From Alphaproteobacteria bacterium (GTDB lineage: Bacteria > Pseudomonadota > Alphaproteobacteria > RF32 > CAG-239), in contig JAZUAM010000028.1 of the NCBI GenBank assembly GCA_045637985.1, forward strand, positions 11,735-75,734: a stretch of 64,000 bases of DNA, given 5' to 3'. Under the pieces are notes generated by a model. The model had not been told where the DNA came from, did no database searches, and saw only the letters and a program-made list of their open reading frames with translations. Position 1 is the stretch's first letter; every line of letters starts with the position of its first letter. Both the position numbers and the translations under genes were made by a program. This document shows positions 9,887 through 19,635 of this stretch, in pieces.

Positions 9887-11855
9887 TATTTTTAAACTTA
9901 CATCACCTTTTTCTCCGGCAGGAGATCAACCACAAGCAATTGATGAATTACTTAATGGCCTTAAAAATGGCATAAAAGATCAGGTTTTACTCGGTGTTAC
10001 CGGTTCCGGAAAAACATACACTATGGCCAAAATAATAGAACAAAGCTCTCGTCCGGCGCTCATAATGGCCCCCAACAAAACATTAGCTGCACAACTTTAT
10101 ACCGAAATGAAAGAGTTTTTTCCGGAAAACCATGTAGAATACTTTGTTTCTTATTACGATTATTACCAACCTGAAGCCTATGTCCCCAAAACGGATACCT
10201 ACATCGAAAAAGATTCTGCCATAAACGAACAAATCGATCGTATGCGTAACTCTGCAACTCGATCATTACTCGAAAATCGTGATGTAATTATCGTAGCATC
10301 AGTTTCTTGTATCTATGGTTTAGGAGATGTCGAATCTTATTCAGCGATGACTCTTCCGTTAAAAATCGGACAAACTATTAACCCTAAAGATATATATTTA
10401 CGCCTGACAGAACTGCAATATGAACGCAATCAACAAAACTTTGTACGTTCAACATTTCGTGTCAGAGGCGATACATTGGACATTTTTCCTGTACATTATG
10501 AAGATAGAGGCTGGCGCATATCTTTTTTTGGCGATGAAATAGAAACAATAGACGAAATTGATACCTTAACAGGTAAAAAAACCGCATCTTTAAATGAAAT
10601 AATTGTATATCCGGCAAACCACTATGTTACTCCTCGTCCGGCTATATCTCAAGCAATAATAAACATCCGCAAAGAACTGAAAACACAAATAGATACGTTT
10701 AAAAATGAAAATAAATTATTAGAAGCTCAGCGTATTGAACAAAGAACCCGCTTTGATCTGGAAATGTTGGAAACAACCGGACACTGCAAAGGAATTGAAA
10801 ATTATTCGCGATATCTTACCGGGCGCGCACCGGGTGAACCTCCACCTACATTATTTGAATATCTTCCCAAAGATACAATCATATTTATTGATGAAAGCCA
10901 CGTTTCTGTTCCTCAAATAGGAGGAATGTACAGAGGTGATTTTAACCGCAAATCAACTTTATCACAATATGGTTTTCGCCTACCTTCTTGCATTGATAAT
11001 CGTCCACTAAAATTTGATGAATGGGATAAAATGCGCCAACAGACAATCTTCGTATCAGCCACTCCCGGAGATTGGGAACTAACTCAAAGCAACGGAACAT
11101 TCACAGAGCAAATTATTCGTCCTACCGGACTAACCGATCCTATCTGTATTGTACGCCCTGTAGAAAATCAAATAGACAACTTAATGCATGAATGCAAACA
11201 AGTTATCAAACAGGGAAACAGAGTTTTAGTAACAACTTTGACCAAAAAAATGGCCGAAGATTTAACTGAATATCTTAATGATAATGGAATAAAGGTAAGA
11301 TATTTACATTCTGACATCGACACTCTGGAGAGAATTGAAATAATACGAGATCTGCGTCTTGGGAATTTTGATGTACTGGTTGGTATCAATCTTTTACGCG
11401 AAGGTTTAGATATTCCCGAATGCTCTCTTGTTGCTATTTTAGATGCGGATAAAGAAGGCTTTTTACGTTCCTCTCGTTCATTGATACAAACCATCGGCCG
11501 TGCTGCTCGCAACTCTGACGGCAAAGTAATTCTTTATGCCGACAAAATTACCGGTTCAATGCAAACGGCTTTGGAAGAAACAGAACGTCGACGTAAAAAA
11601 CAAATCGAATACAACATCAAAAACGGTATTACCCCTCAAACAATTAAGAAAAAAGTTTCAGGAGTAATGCAAGAAATGGCTGCAAAAGAAACCGACACAT
11701 CTGATATACCTGTAAACGACATAAAAGACATTGATAAAAAATTACGTGAACTCAATAAACTAATGATGGACGCAGCTTCAAACCTTGATTTTGAAGCTGC
11801 TATATCATACCGTGATAAAATAAAAAGTCTCGAAAAACAATATCTCAAAAGCTAA
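9879..11855 (+). CDS. uvrB: Excinuclease ABC subunit B
   Basis: [35 protein letters not shown] and [10 protein letters not shown]. Confidence 0.99.
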   Translation: MNSIFKLTSPFSPAGDQPQAIDELLNGLKNGIKDQVLLGVTGSGKTYTMAKIIEQSSRPALIMAPNKTLAAQLYTEMKEFFPENHVEYFVSYYDYYQPEAYVPKTDTYIEKDSAINEQIDRMRNSATRSLLENRDVIIVASVSCIYGLGDVESYSAMTLPLKIGQTINPKDIYLRLTELQYERNQQNFVRSTFRVRGDTLDIFPVHYEDRGWRISFFGDEIETIDEIDTLTGKKTASLNEIIVYPANHYVTPRPAISQAIINIRKELKTQIDTFKNENKLLEAQRIEQRTRFDLEMLETTGHCKGIENYSRYLTGRAPGEPPPTLFEYLPKDTIIFIDESHVSVPQIGGMYRGDFNRKSTLSQYGFRLPSCIDNRPLKFDEWDKMRQQTIFVSATPGDWELTQSNGTFTEQIIRPTGLTDPICIVRPVENQIDNLMHECKQVIKQGNRVLVTTLTKKMAEDLTEYLNDNGIKVRYLHSDIDTLERIEIIRDLRLGNFDVLVGINLLREGLDIPECSLVAILDADKEGFLRSSRSLIQTIGRAARNSDGKVILYADKITGSMQTALEETERRRKKQIEYNIKNGITPQTIKKKVSGVMQEMAAKETDTSDIPVNDIKDIDKKLRELNKLMMDAASNLDFEAAISYRDKIKSLEKQYLKS

Positions 11856-12534
11856 TAAAATCAGCAACTTCCTTCATCTCATCATCATTCATACAATGAG
11901 CTAATTTATCAAATTCAATATTTGTAAATTCAATATTCTGTTCTTCAAACCAATTTATCGTTGTCGGTAAGGTTTTATACTGAACAGTAACATCATCCTT
12001 TCCATGTAACAGTAAAAATTTTGGCTTTGAATTTATTTCATTCGGAAGTTGCAAAAATCCCGGAACAATTCCGGCAATACTGACAGCTCCACCGATTTTA
12101 TTTTTTCTAAGCAATGAAGTTGCTATAGTAATCATTGCCCCTTGAGAAAATCCTATTATATATGTATTATTATCTTTTATTTTCCATAACTTTTGTTGTT
12201 CATCAACAAACTCATTCATCTGTTTAGCCACATTTGCAAAACTTTTCCACAGGCGATTAAATATATCAAATATCTCTTCAACAGATGCATCCGAAGCTCT
12301 AAACCGCACATTAGGATCTTCCGCATAAAAACTCAACCATTGCAAATTTTTCTCATCTTTTTCACAAGGAAACGGCGCTCTTGGAACAATAATAACAACA
12401 TCTTCAATCTTTTCATATAAGCTTTGCACGGCATAATTTATCGATTCCGGAGATCCGTTATAACCGTGAATAAAAACAACCATTTTTTTAGGATTGCCCT
12501 TTTTGTAACATTTATTATTAAAATTTGACAACAC
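11845..12534 (-). CDS. Alpha/beta hydrolase (phospholipase/carboxylesterase family)
   Basis: FIHGYNG, nucleophile elbow GFSQG, HGKDD and a C-terminal His. Confidence 0.88.
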   Translation of the reverse strand: MLSNFNNKCYKKGNPKKMVVFIHGYNGSPESINYAVQSLYEKIEDVVIIVPRAPFPCEKDEKNLQWLSFYAEDPNVRFRASDASVEEIFDIFNRLWKSFANVAKQMNEFVDEQQKLWKIKDNNTYIIGFSQGAMITIATSLLRKNKIGGAVSIAGIVPGFLQLPNEINSKPKFLLLHGKDDVTVQYKTLPTTINWFEEQNIEFTNIEFDKLAHCMNDDEMKEVADFISF

Positions 12535-12612
12535 TTTTTCCTTTTTTCTGCTATAGATTTCCTTTCAACAATTTAACGATGGAATAACAATTAATTCAAG
12601 ATAAAAATAAAA

Positions 12613-14043
12613 ATGAACAACAACCCGTTAGCAAAAGTAATTCGTAACGCATTTATAATAAATGTTGCAAATAAAGAAACATCTGAAGATACAAGCTATA
12701 GTACAAATACTATAGGCAATATTTTACGTCATAAACGTATTACCATATTTGAAAAAGCCATAAATAGATTTTTTATTTCTTCCGGTCTTCCTCCGGTAAA
12801 GAGACTTTCTCAATTTGTCGATGAAAAGAATCTTCTGACATTTTCTCTTCAGTTAAGCGGTTATATTCGCGATTCTCAAAAAGAATTAGCAAATTTAAGA
12901 AATGAAGATGCAACAGACCCTGATCTCATAAATTTATATAAAGCTGCAGCAAAATATTCTGCAGATTGCAGTCATAAAATCAAAGATAGCAAATATGTGT
13001 TCAAAGAACATTGTGATTACTGTTTTTATAAAGTACGTATTACCGATAAACTATCAAACGCCAAATTTGTCAATCATGGTTTTGTTATTAACCCTAAACG
13101 ACGTAACCTAATACTATCCATGCCTTTTCACATCAAAAGTACTCAAGAAGAGTTACAATTTTGGTCAAATAAATATTTAAATGGCGTTCTTGATAAATTA
13201 GGAAGTGATGTTGACATATATCTGGCTCACTTTCCTATAGAACAACCCAGAGGAGAAAAATTTGCATTATCACTCCAAACTATTCGTAATCCGGAAAACT
13301 ATTTCACTGAAGCTGATATGCATCTTGTTTCCAGATATTTATCTCCTTTCTTAGGAAAAGATTTAAAAATAGAAAACAATACTGTTATATCCGGAACCCC
13401 TCATGATAATAAGACATTCAAACAATATTGCCTTTTTACTATCGGAGGATACTGTGCCGGAGGTATTCACTCACACCGTTGGATCAACGCTTTTTCTCAT
13501 CTGGCATCACAACTATATGATGAAAAAACTACCAACGAAGCCTTACAAAACATTTTTACGGATAATTATGCTCTTCTTCCTTTCGAACAAAAGAACAAAA
13601 CTTCAGGGGTATATTTTTTAAGTAACTACGCTAATGACAATTTACGTAAAGAACCTTTTGTAAAAATGTTTACACCGCAAGCTTATGAAAAATACAAATA
13701 TTTACCATCCCCTTTACCATACAGAATATCTTTATCTGATGATAATCAACAGTATATCGTAGCACTAAATCTCCCCGAAGATTTTGCTGTTCTAGGGCAA
13801 TCCGGCAAAAAAGAAACATATCCTGATCTTGAAAACGGACATCATATGGGGGTTGTAACACAAAGAAATGTTAATTCACTGCTAAACAATCAACAAAACA
13901 TTTTTAAAGTCGTCCTAACAAACGCTGTTAATGGCAAACGAGGGCCTGAAATATTTAATACAATATCCAATGAGCATAGACACATATTTAAGCCTTTGTC
14001 ACCGATGCTTCAAAAACATTTTGAAACCAGACGCTCAAAATAG
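12613..14043 (+). CDS. Hypothetical protein, 476 aa, possible Cys-nucleophile alpha/beta hydrolase
   Basis: Long ORF followed by a terminator. Contains GGYCAGG (G-x-C-x-G) and ENGHH. Confidence 0.55.
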   Translation: MNNNPLAKVIRNAFIINVANKETSEDTSYSTNTIGNILRHKRITIFEKAINRFFISSGLPPVKRLSQFVDEKNLLTFSLQLSGYIRDSQKELANLRNEDATDPDLINLYKAAAKYSADCSHKIKDSKYVFKEHCDYCFYKVRITDKLSNAKFVNHGFVINPKRRNLILSMPFHIKSTQEELQFWSNKYLNGVLDKLGSDVDIYLAHFPIEQPRGEKFALSLQTIRNPENYFTEADMHLVSRYLSPFLGKDLKIENNTVISGTPHDNKTFKQYCLFTIGGYCAGGIHSHRWINAFSHLASQLYDEKTTNEALQNIFTDNYALLPFEQKNKTSGVYFLSNYANDNLRKEPFVKMFTPQAYEKYKYLPSPLPYRISLSDDNQQYIVALNLPEDFAVLGQSGKKETYPDLENGHHMGVVTQRNVNSLLNNQQNIFKVVLTNAVNGKRGPEIFNTISNEHRHIFKPLSPMLQKHFETRRSK

Positions 14044-14072
14044 ATAAGCCTCGCTTTATGCGAGGCCTATTT
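14044..14072. terminator. Bidirectional terminator hairpin
   Basis: GCCTCGC-TTTAT-GCGAGGC between convergent genes. Confidence 0.7.
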
Positions 14073-14074
14073 AT

Positions 14075-14854
14075 TTACTTATATTTTTTCTTTTCTTTCA
14101 AAAAGACCCAAACTCCTACCGGAATAGAAACAGCATATATAAGTGTCATAACTCCTAATGTTACCCAAGGCATTGTAATAATAAACGAGGAAAACAACGC
14201 AACAATCAACATCATCGGCACCAACAAACAGGTAGGCACCTTAAGTTTTTTTGTCGAAAAAGTCGGAATACGACTAACCATCAAAAATGACACGACACAA
14301 AGCAATGACGCACAAAAAACATGCGACTTAACTATGTAATTCAATTCCGGAAAATCAAACGAAATCATCACAGGCATCATCGTTAAAGCCGCAGCGGCCG
14401 GAGCCGGAACCCCAACAAAAAAATGCTCCCAATATGTAGGCTGAGGCTCAGCATCAAGCATGGTATTAAATCTTGCTAATCGCATTGCCATTCCGATAGA
14501 CATCAACAAACAAAAAAACCAACCAAATTTCGGCAAATCAAATAGCGACCACTGATATAACAAAATCGCAGGAGCAACACCAAAACTGACAAAATCAGAC
14601 AATGAATCTAATTCAGCACCAAACTTGGTCGAACCTTTTAACATTCTGGCAACACGCCCATCCAAACCATCAAACAATGCGGCCAAAAAAATACAAAGCA
14701 CCGCCTTAACCCATTCAGCAGAAATCGAATATCTTATAGATGTAACACCGGCACACAAAGCTAGCATTGTAACAATATTCGGAGCTATTTTTCGAAAAGG
14801 CAAACTTGTAAGTTTTTCCCTTGACAACTGTAATTTTTGATTAATTTTTTCCAT
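14075..14854 (-). CDS. pssA: CDP-diacylglycerol--serine O-phosphatidyltransferase
   Basis: CDP-alcohol motif DGLDGRVAR...GAELDSLSDFVSFG and RLARFN. Follows psd. Confidence 0.93.
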   Translation of the reverse strand: MEKINQKLQLSREKLTSLPFRKIAPNIVTMLALCAGVTSIRYSISAEWVKAVLCIFLAALFDGLDGRVARMLKGSTKFGAELDSLSDFVSFGVAPAILLYQWSLFDLPKFGWFFCLLMSIGMAMRLARFNTMLDAEPQPTYWEHFFVGVPAPAAAALTMMPVMISFDFPELNYIVKSHVFCASLLCVVSFLMVSRIPTFSTKKLKVPTCLLVPMMLIVALFSSFIITMPWVTLGVMTLIYAVSIPVGVWVFLKEKKKYK

Positions 14855-15564
14855 TATCTCATAACTCCGTTCATTGCTTTTGCATCACTGCTCAAGTTAG
14901 CAATTACCGTTTCACCGGCAACCATCGTTTGTCCTAAAACAACCTGAGGCTCCACGCCTTCCGGCAAATACACATCCAAACGAGAACCGAAACGTATCAT
15001 TCCAAAGCGTTCACCTGCTTTATAATCTTGTCCTATTTGAGCATCACAAACAATTCTTCTTGCAACCAAACCGGCTATCTGAACAAAACAAATTTCTTTT
15101 CCCGACTTTGTTTTCATGGCTAAAAGTTGGCGCTCATTATCTTTACTTGCCTTATCCAATGTAGCATTCAAAAACTTGCCCGGAACATAAACAGCATTTA
15201 TAATACGTCCTTCAGCCGGCGATCTGTTAACATGTACATTAAACACACTCATAAAAATACTTACACGAGTAAATTTCTTATCTCCCATATTTAATTCTTC
15301 AGGTGCCGTTACTTTTGCAATCATCTGCACCGTTCCGTCAGCAGGAGAAACAACTACATCGGCCAACTCAGGAGTAACTCTCTGCGGATCTCTAAAGAAA
15401 TAATAACACCAAATTGTTAGTACCAAACCAATCCATCCCAATGGTTCCCAAATCATTGCCAATAACGCTGTTACTGCAGCAAAAATTCCGACAAACCGCC
15501 ATCCTTCGGTATGAATATTCGGTAATATGTAATTTTTCCATGAAATATCAAAAGTCTTGATCAT
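14854..15564 (-). CDS. psd: Phosphatidylserine decarboxylase
   Basis: [34 protein letters not shown] and self-cleavage motif FGSR. Confidence 0.96.
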   Translation of the reverse strand: MIKTFDISWKNYILPNIHTEGWRFVGIFAAVTALLAMIWEPLGWIGLVLTIWCYYFFRDPQRVTPELADVVVSPADGTVQMIAKVTAPEELNMGDKKFTRVSIFMSVFNVHVNRSPAEGRIINAVYVPGKFLNATLDKASKDNERQLLAMKTKSGKEICFVQIAGLVARRIVCDAQIGQDYKAGERFGMIRFGSRLDVYLPEGVEPQVVLGQTMVAGETVIANLSSDAKAMNGVMR

Positions 15565-15722
15565 TTTTCTTTCCTCTGATTTTTGCTTTCAAAAACCGTG
15601 ACGCTGTCAACTGCCATTTTCAAAAGCGGTTACATTAACGAAATAACAAAAACACATTTTCCAATAAAAAACAACAATAAAATAAGATTATTCTTCTTAT
15701 ACAAAATTATTAAAAAATCTTC

Positions 15723-15751
15723 TTGCAATTAAATAAAAAGCTATGTATAAG
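15723..15751 (+). promoter_or_regulatory. Putative sigma70 promoter of tRNA-Leu
   Basis: TTGCAA-N17-TATAAG ending 14 bp upstream of the tRNA, preceded by an AT-rich tract. Confidence 0.55.
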
Positions 15752-15765
15752 AGTCCTCAGATTAT

Positions 15766-15852
15766 GCGCTTGTGGCGGAACTGGTAGACGCTGCAGACTT
15801 AAAATCTGTTGGCCGCAAGGCCGTGCCGGTTCGATTCCGGCCTAGCGCACCA
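15766..15852 (+). tRNA. tRNA-Leu (anticodon TAA)
   Basis: Acceptor GCGCTTG/CTAGCGC, D loop GGCGGAACTGGTAGACG, anticodon arm GCAGA-CTTAAAA-TCTGT, long variable arm GGCCGCAAGGCC, T arm GGTTCGATTCC and encoded CCA. Confidence 0.97.
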
Positions 15853-15890
15853 TAAAAAAGCTCACCCTTGTGGTGAGTTTTTTTATGGTG
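15848..15890. terminator. Bidirectional terminator between tRNA-Leu and the EAL-like gene
   Basis: CACCATAAAAAAGCTCACC-CTTGT-GGTGAGTTTTTTTATGGTG. Confidence 0.8.
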
Positions 15891-15908
15891 TGATATAAAA
15901 GCTATATA

Positions 15909-17135
15909 TTATCTTTTTACATTTGCATTCAAAAGTCTTTGAACATAACGCCCCTGATATAAATTAATACCAAGTGCATTACCAGCTTCAATCGCATTAA
16001 CATCATCAATACGACAAAGAATAATTTTTGCTCGCTCAGCTTTATTCATATAATCCATAAAATGTTCATCTTCATTAAAATAATCTACCAACGACGGATG
16101 CCAAACAATTTTCATTAAATCACAGTCCAAATTTTTCCTATTCAAATATTTCAATTTATCAACTGTAATCCCATCAATACAAATTTTATACCCTCTAGCT
16201 TTTGCAAATGTTTTAGCCAGTATAAACGAGCGAATATCACTAAAAATATCAACCAATTGCATTTCTAATATAATACTTTGTCGCATTGAACCATTTATAC
16301 TATCATCAAAGCGCAAAAAATCATCCGACAACACCGTTGACACATTAATATTAACACTAAAATTTCCGGCTAAAGAACCATCATCATGTCGAGATATAAT
16401 TTCTAAAACACGTTTATCCAAAGTTTCCGTTAACGCCAAAAACAACCACGGGTTCGCCGTAATTTCCACTTCCGGCAAAAGAGAATCTCTCATATCCGGA
16501 ATAGAAACAAACACTTCTTCAAATACACGTTGTGGAGCAGATTTTCCGATAACCGCACAAATAGCTTGCCTACGAATAAAACTTGAAAAATCAGCAACTG
16601 AAATAATTTTTTGAACTTTAGCCAACATATCTGTAGTAAGCTCTTTTTTATAGTGACGTCCACTGGTATTAAAAAAAGAAACTTTTCTCATATCCTGCGA
16701 TTGTTCACTTTTTGTCGGTTGATTGTGACATCCTATTACAACCTTTTTAGAAAAATCAGCATATTCAGTCCCAAGGTCATAAAATGTTGCTATTCCACAT
16801 TCTTCTAAGCCTCCAACAGCCTTAACCTTATCATCTTCATTCAGCAAAAATTTTATTCTCACTAAGCTTGATGCAACTTCATCCTTGACTTTCTTATCAA
16901 AAACAAGAACAATATCTTCATTCAATAACGTAAAAATTTCAGCCAATCCGCTTTTTACCGAAGGCATCAAAATCTCGACTATTGATTTTCTATTAGATAC
17001 AGTTCTAACTTTATCATTCAAACTATGAACATTAATATATAAAGCCCTAAACATACTTTTATGAGGACAAAACTTGTTTAAATACTCAAAAACAATATCT
17101 TCTTTTTTTATTTCCTGTGTTTGTTTATCTGCCAT
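15909..17135 (-). CDS. Degenerate EAL-domain protein with degenerate GGDEF-like N-terminus
   Basis: IRRQAIC...FEEVFVSI, WLFLALTETLDKRVL, FSVNINVS, ILEMQ, ICIDG, DLMKI and GINLYQG. No EAL/EVL or DDFGTG motif. Confidence 0.72.
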   Translation of the reverse strand: MADKQTQEIKKEDIVFEYLNKFCPHKSMFRALYINVHSLNDKVRTVSNRKSIVEILMPSVKSGLAEIFTLLNEDIVLVFDKKVKDEVASSLVRIKFLLNEDDKVKAVGGLEECGIATFYDLGTEYADFSKKVVIGCHNQPTKSEQSQDMRKVSFFNTSGRHYKKELTTDMLAKVQKIISVADFSSFIRRQAICAVIGKSAPQRVFEEVFVSIPDMRDSLLPEVEITANPWLFLALTETLDKRVLEIISRHDDGSLAGNFSVNINVSTVLSDDFLRFDDSINGSMRQSIILEMQLVDIFSDIRSFILAKTFAKARGYKICIDGITVDKLKYLNRKNLDCDLMKIVWHPSLVDYFNEDEHFMDYMNKAERAKIILCRIDDVNAIEAGNALGINLYQGRYVQRLLNANVKR

Positions 17136-17138
17136 ATC

Positions 17139-18416
17139 TTACCCTGGTATTTTTTCCAAAAAATCTTTATATTGACACTCGTTTCTAAATTCTCCGGCAA
17201 TTAATTTTTTTCTTTTCATACAATCTTTTGCCGAACAAATTCTTCCATTTGGACACTTAGCCCTAATCATTGCTGTTTCAATAGCATCTATATAAGGTCC
17301 TTGAAAAGCTCTAATACCATATTTAATACCCCATCGAACAGCCTTATCATCCAAACATTTTGCTAAGATTACCTTATCACATCCTATATTATCAATAACT
17401 TGTTTTATTTCTGCATTATTATCTTGATATTCTTCCATCAATGCATGCCAAAATATTTTTATATAATCCGGCTTCAAATGGGAAATATTCAATGTTTCCA
17501 ACATTTCTGTACTTGTAGCGTCAATCAAAACTTCTCCTCCATTTTGATGCAAAATCTCTTTTGCATCAAAATATGAAGCTAAGTTATTCAAAATATCCAT
17601 AACTTGGACTTCCGCAACAACCTTTTGCCCTTTTTCAGCCAAACTTTTTATAAAATCATCAAACTCCGGCAAAAATATTGTCGACAAATTCAAATTCAAA
17701 CTAACTTTTTCTATTTTATTTTTAATATCAGAAAACAAAAACGAATACATGGTTTTCTTATCTAACGTTTGTGTCAGATACAAAAACAGCCATTTATTTC
17801 CGACCAAATCAACATTTTGATCAAATCTTTTACTTAAATCTTTTACCGCAACAAAAAACTCTTTAAACATCAATTTAAAATTTGTAGAACTTTCAAATCT
17901 TAAGACACTCTGATGTTTAATCAAATCAACAATATTAATTTCATCAATCTGGCGCTTAATTGCATCTATCTGACCGGCATCAACCGGATAACGATATGCC
18001 AACAAATCTACCGGCATATCTTCTTCCATTTGCGTTTCAATACGCCGATACAAATCATCAAATTCATCAGGAAAATACAAATGTGTAAACTCTGAAGAAC
18101 TATGAGCCGTCCAGATAGGATCGGTTATCAAACCTTTCCTTAATTTTTCAACGGCATCAAACACTATTTTTTCAGTAATATTTTTTCCTAAAATTGCAAA
18201 ATCACCATTTGCCAAAACATACATAGTACTATTTGCAATCGAAACCAAATCATCAAACAATCTGGTAATAATCTTAACAAACTTAGGATGGCGATTCTTT
18301 GGTTTCAACTTCGAAACATTAACATATAAAACCTTATACTCGGATCTGTTTTTAGCAATACGATCCAAAGTTTCCAATAAATATTTCTCTGTATCAAATT
18401 TACTGTAGCCAACCAT
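17139..18416 (-). CDS. Degenerate EAL-domain protein (paralog of the downstream gene) with a Cys-rich tail
   Basis: IKHQSVL...FKEFFVAV, WLFLYLTQTLDKK, VSLNLNLS, PDYIKIFW and GIRAFQG. C-terminal CPNGRICSAKDC...ECQY. Confidence 0.7.
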   Translation of the reverse strand: MVGYSKFDTEKYLLETLDRIAKNRSEYKVLYVNVSKLKPKNRHPKFVKIITRLFDDLVSIANSTMYVLANGDFAILGKNITEKIVFDAVEKLRKGLITDPIWTAHSSSEFTHLYFPDEFDDLYRRIETQMEEDMPVDLLAYRYPVDAGQIDAIKRQIDEINIVDLIKHQSVLRFESSTNFKLMFKEFFVAVKDLSKRFDQNVDLVGNKWLFLYLTQTLDKKTMYSFLFSDIKNKIEKVSLNLNLSTIFLPEFDDFIKSLAEKGQKVVAEVQVMDILNNLASYFDAKEILHQNGGEVLIDATSTEMLETLNISHLKPDYIKIFWHALMEEYQDNNAEIKQVIDNIGCDKVILAKCLDDKAVRWGIKYGIRAFQGPYIDAIETAMIRAKCPNGRICSAKDCMKRKKLIAGEFRNECQYKDFLEKIPG

Positions 18417-18492
18417 TTATTTTTTACCACCTATATTTATTCTATTACTTCTTACCTTTCAAAAGCAAGCAAATAACTTCTTTTTTCCAATT

Positions 18493-19632
18493 TTAGTCTT
18501 TTCCTATGTTAATATTCCTATTTGTATTAACAGCCAATATAATCCCAAATCCGGTCATCACCGACAAAACCACCGTTCCCCCGTAAGATATCAAAGGCAA
18601 TGGCACCCCGACAACCGGCAACAAGCCTAAAACCATCGCAATATTAATCATAACATATAAGAAATAACTTGTCGTCAACCCTATTGCAACCAATTTACCA
18701 AAATAACTGGCACTTCTCAAAGCAAAAACAAAACTATATGCTATAATCAAAAAATTAATAAATATAACCAATACGGCACCAATCATTCCAAACTCTTCAG
18801 ACAACATTGTAAAAATAAAATCCGTATGTTTTTCCGGCAAAAAATTCAAATGGCTCTGTGTTCCGTTCAAAAACCCTTTTCCGAATATTCCGCCAGACCC
18901 CAAAGCAATTTTTGATTGTATTATATGATATCCCGTTCCTAGCGGATCACGTTCCGGATCCAAAAAAGTTAACACGCGATTTTTCTGATAATTATGCAAA
19001 AAATGCCACACTATAGGCAATGATATTATTCCTGTTAAAGCAACAACACCAAACTTCCATAATTGAACACCTACAGCAAAAAACATTGCTCCCGCCGTAA
19101 ACAACAACATCAAAGCCGTTCCCAAATCCGGTTGTGTCATTACCAATCCCACAGGAACCATTACCATCAATAACGGAATTATAATCCCTTTTACAGTTTC
19201 AATACTTTGCAATGTTACCGAATTAAAATATCTGGCCAAAGCCAGCACCAAAGCTATTTTCATCAATTCTGAAGGTTGTAATTTCATAAACCCCAAATTA
19301 ATCCATCGTTGCGCTCCCATTCCGACATGACCGCCCAGCTCAACAATAATTAATAACACCAAAACACCAAGATAAACCCAATAAGCATAACGCAAAAATA
19401 TTTTGACATCCATAAAGGCCATAACCATCATTGCCGCAAACCCCAAACCAAATCTCATCAATTGAGGTCCTGCCCAAGGTTTCCAACTGCCATTTGCCGC
19501 AGAATACAACATAACTACACCAATTGCAGCCAAAACAATAATCATTAACACATAAGAAAAACTAATTCCCCAAAATTTCTCTTTAAAACTTAATTTATGA
19601 TTTCGAAACCCTGTTTCATATGCTTTATACAT
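18493..19632 (-). CDS. rodA: Rod shape-determining protein RodA
   Basis: GAQRWI, QPSELMK, QPDLGT, LPEKHTDFIF and PLISYGGT. Confidence 0.97.
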   Translation of the reverse strand: MYKAYETGFRNHKLSFKEKFWGISFSYVLMIIVLAAIGVVMLYSAANGSWKPWAGPQLMRFGLGFAAMMVMAFMDVKIFLRYAYWVYLGVLVLLIIVELGGHVGMGAQRWINLGFMKLQPSELMKIALVLALARYFNSVTLQSIETVKGIIIPLLMVMVPVGLVMTQPDLGTALMLLFTAGAMFFAVGVQLWKFGVVALTGIISLPIVWHFLHNYQKNRVLTFLDPERDPLGTGYHIIQSKIALGSGGIFGKGFLNGTQSHLNFLPEKHTDFIFTMLSEEFGMIGAVLVIFINFLIIAYSFVFALRSASYFGKLVAIGLTTSYFLYVMINIAMVLGLLPVVGVPLPLISYGGTVVLSVMTGFGIILAVNTNRNINIGKD

Positions 19633-19635
19633 TTT

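Noticed and set aside
15575-15640. Possible structured leader RNA upstream of psd (AACCG...CGGTT, repeated TTTTGAAA)
   Set aside because: The stems are short and match no riboswitch I recognise. The region also contains a TTGACA, so it may simply be promoter DNA.
15766-18416. Genomic island integrated at tRNA-Leu
   Set aside because: There is no integrase and no direct repeat of the tRNA 3' end, and the flanking genes look native.
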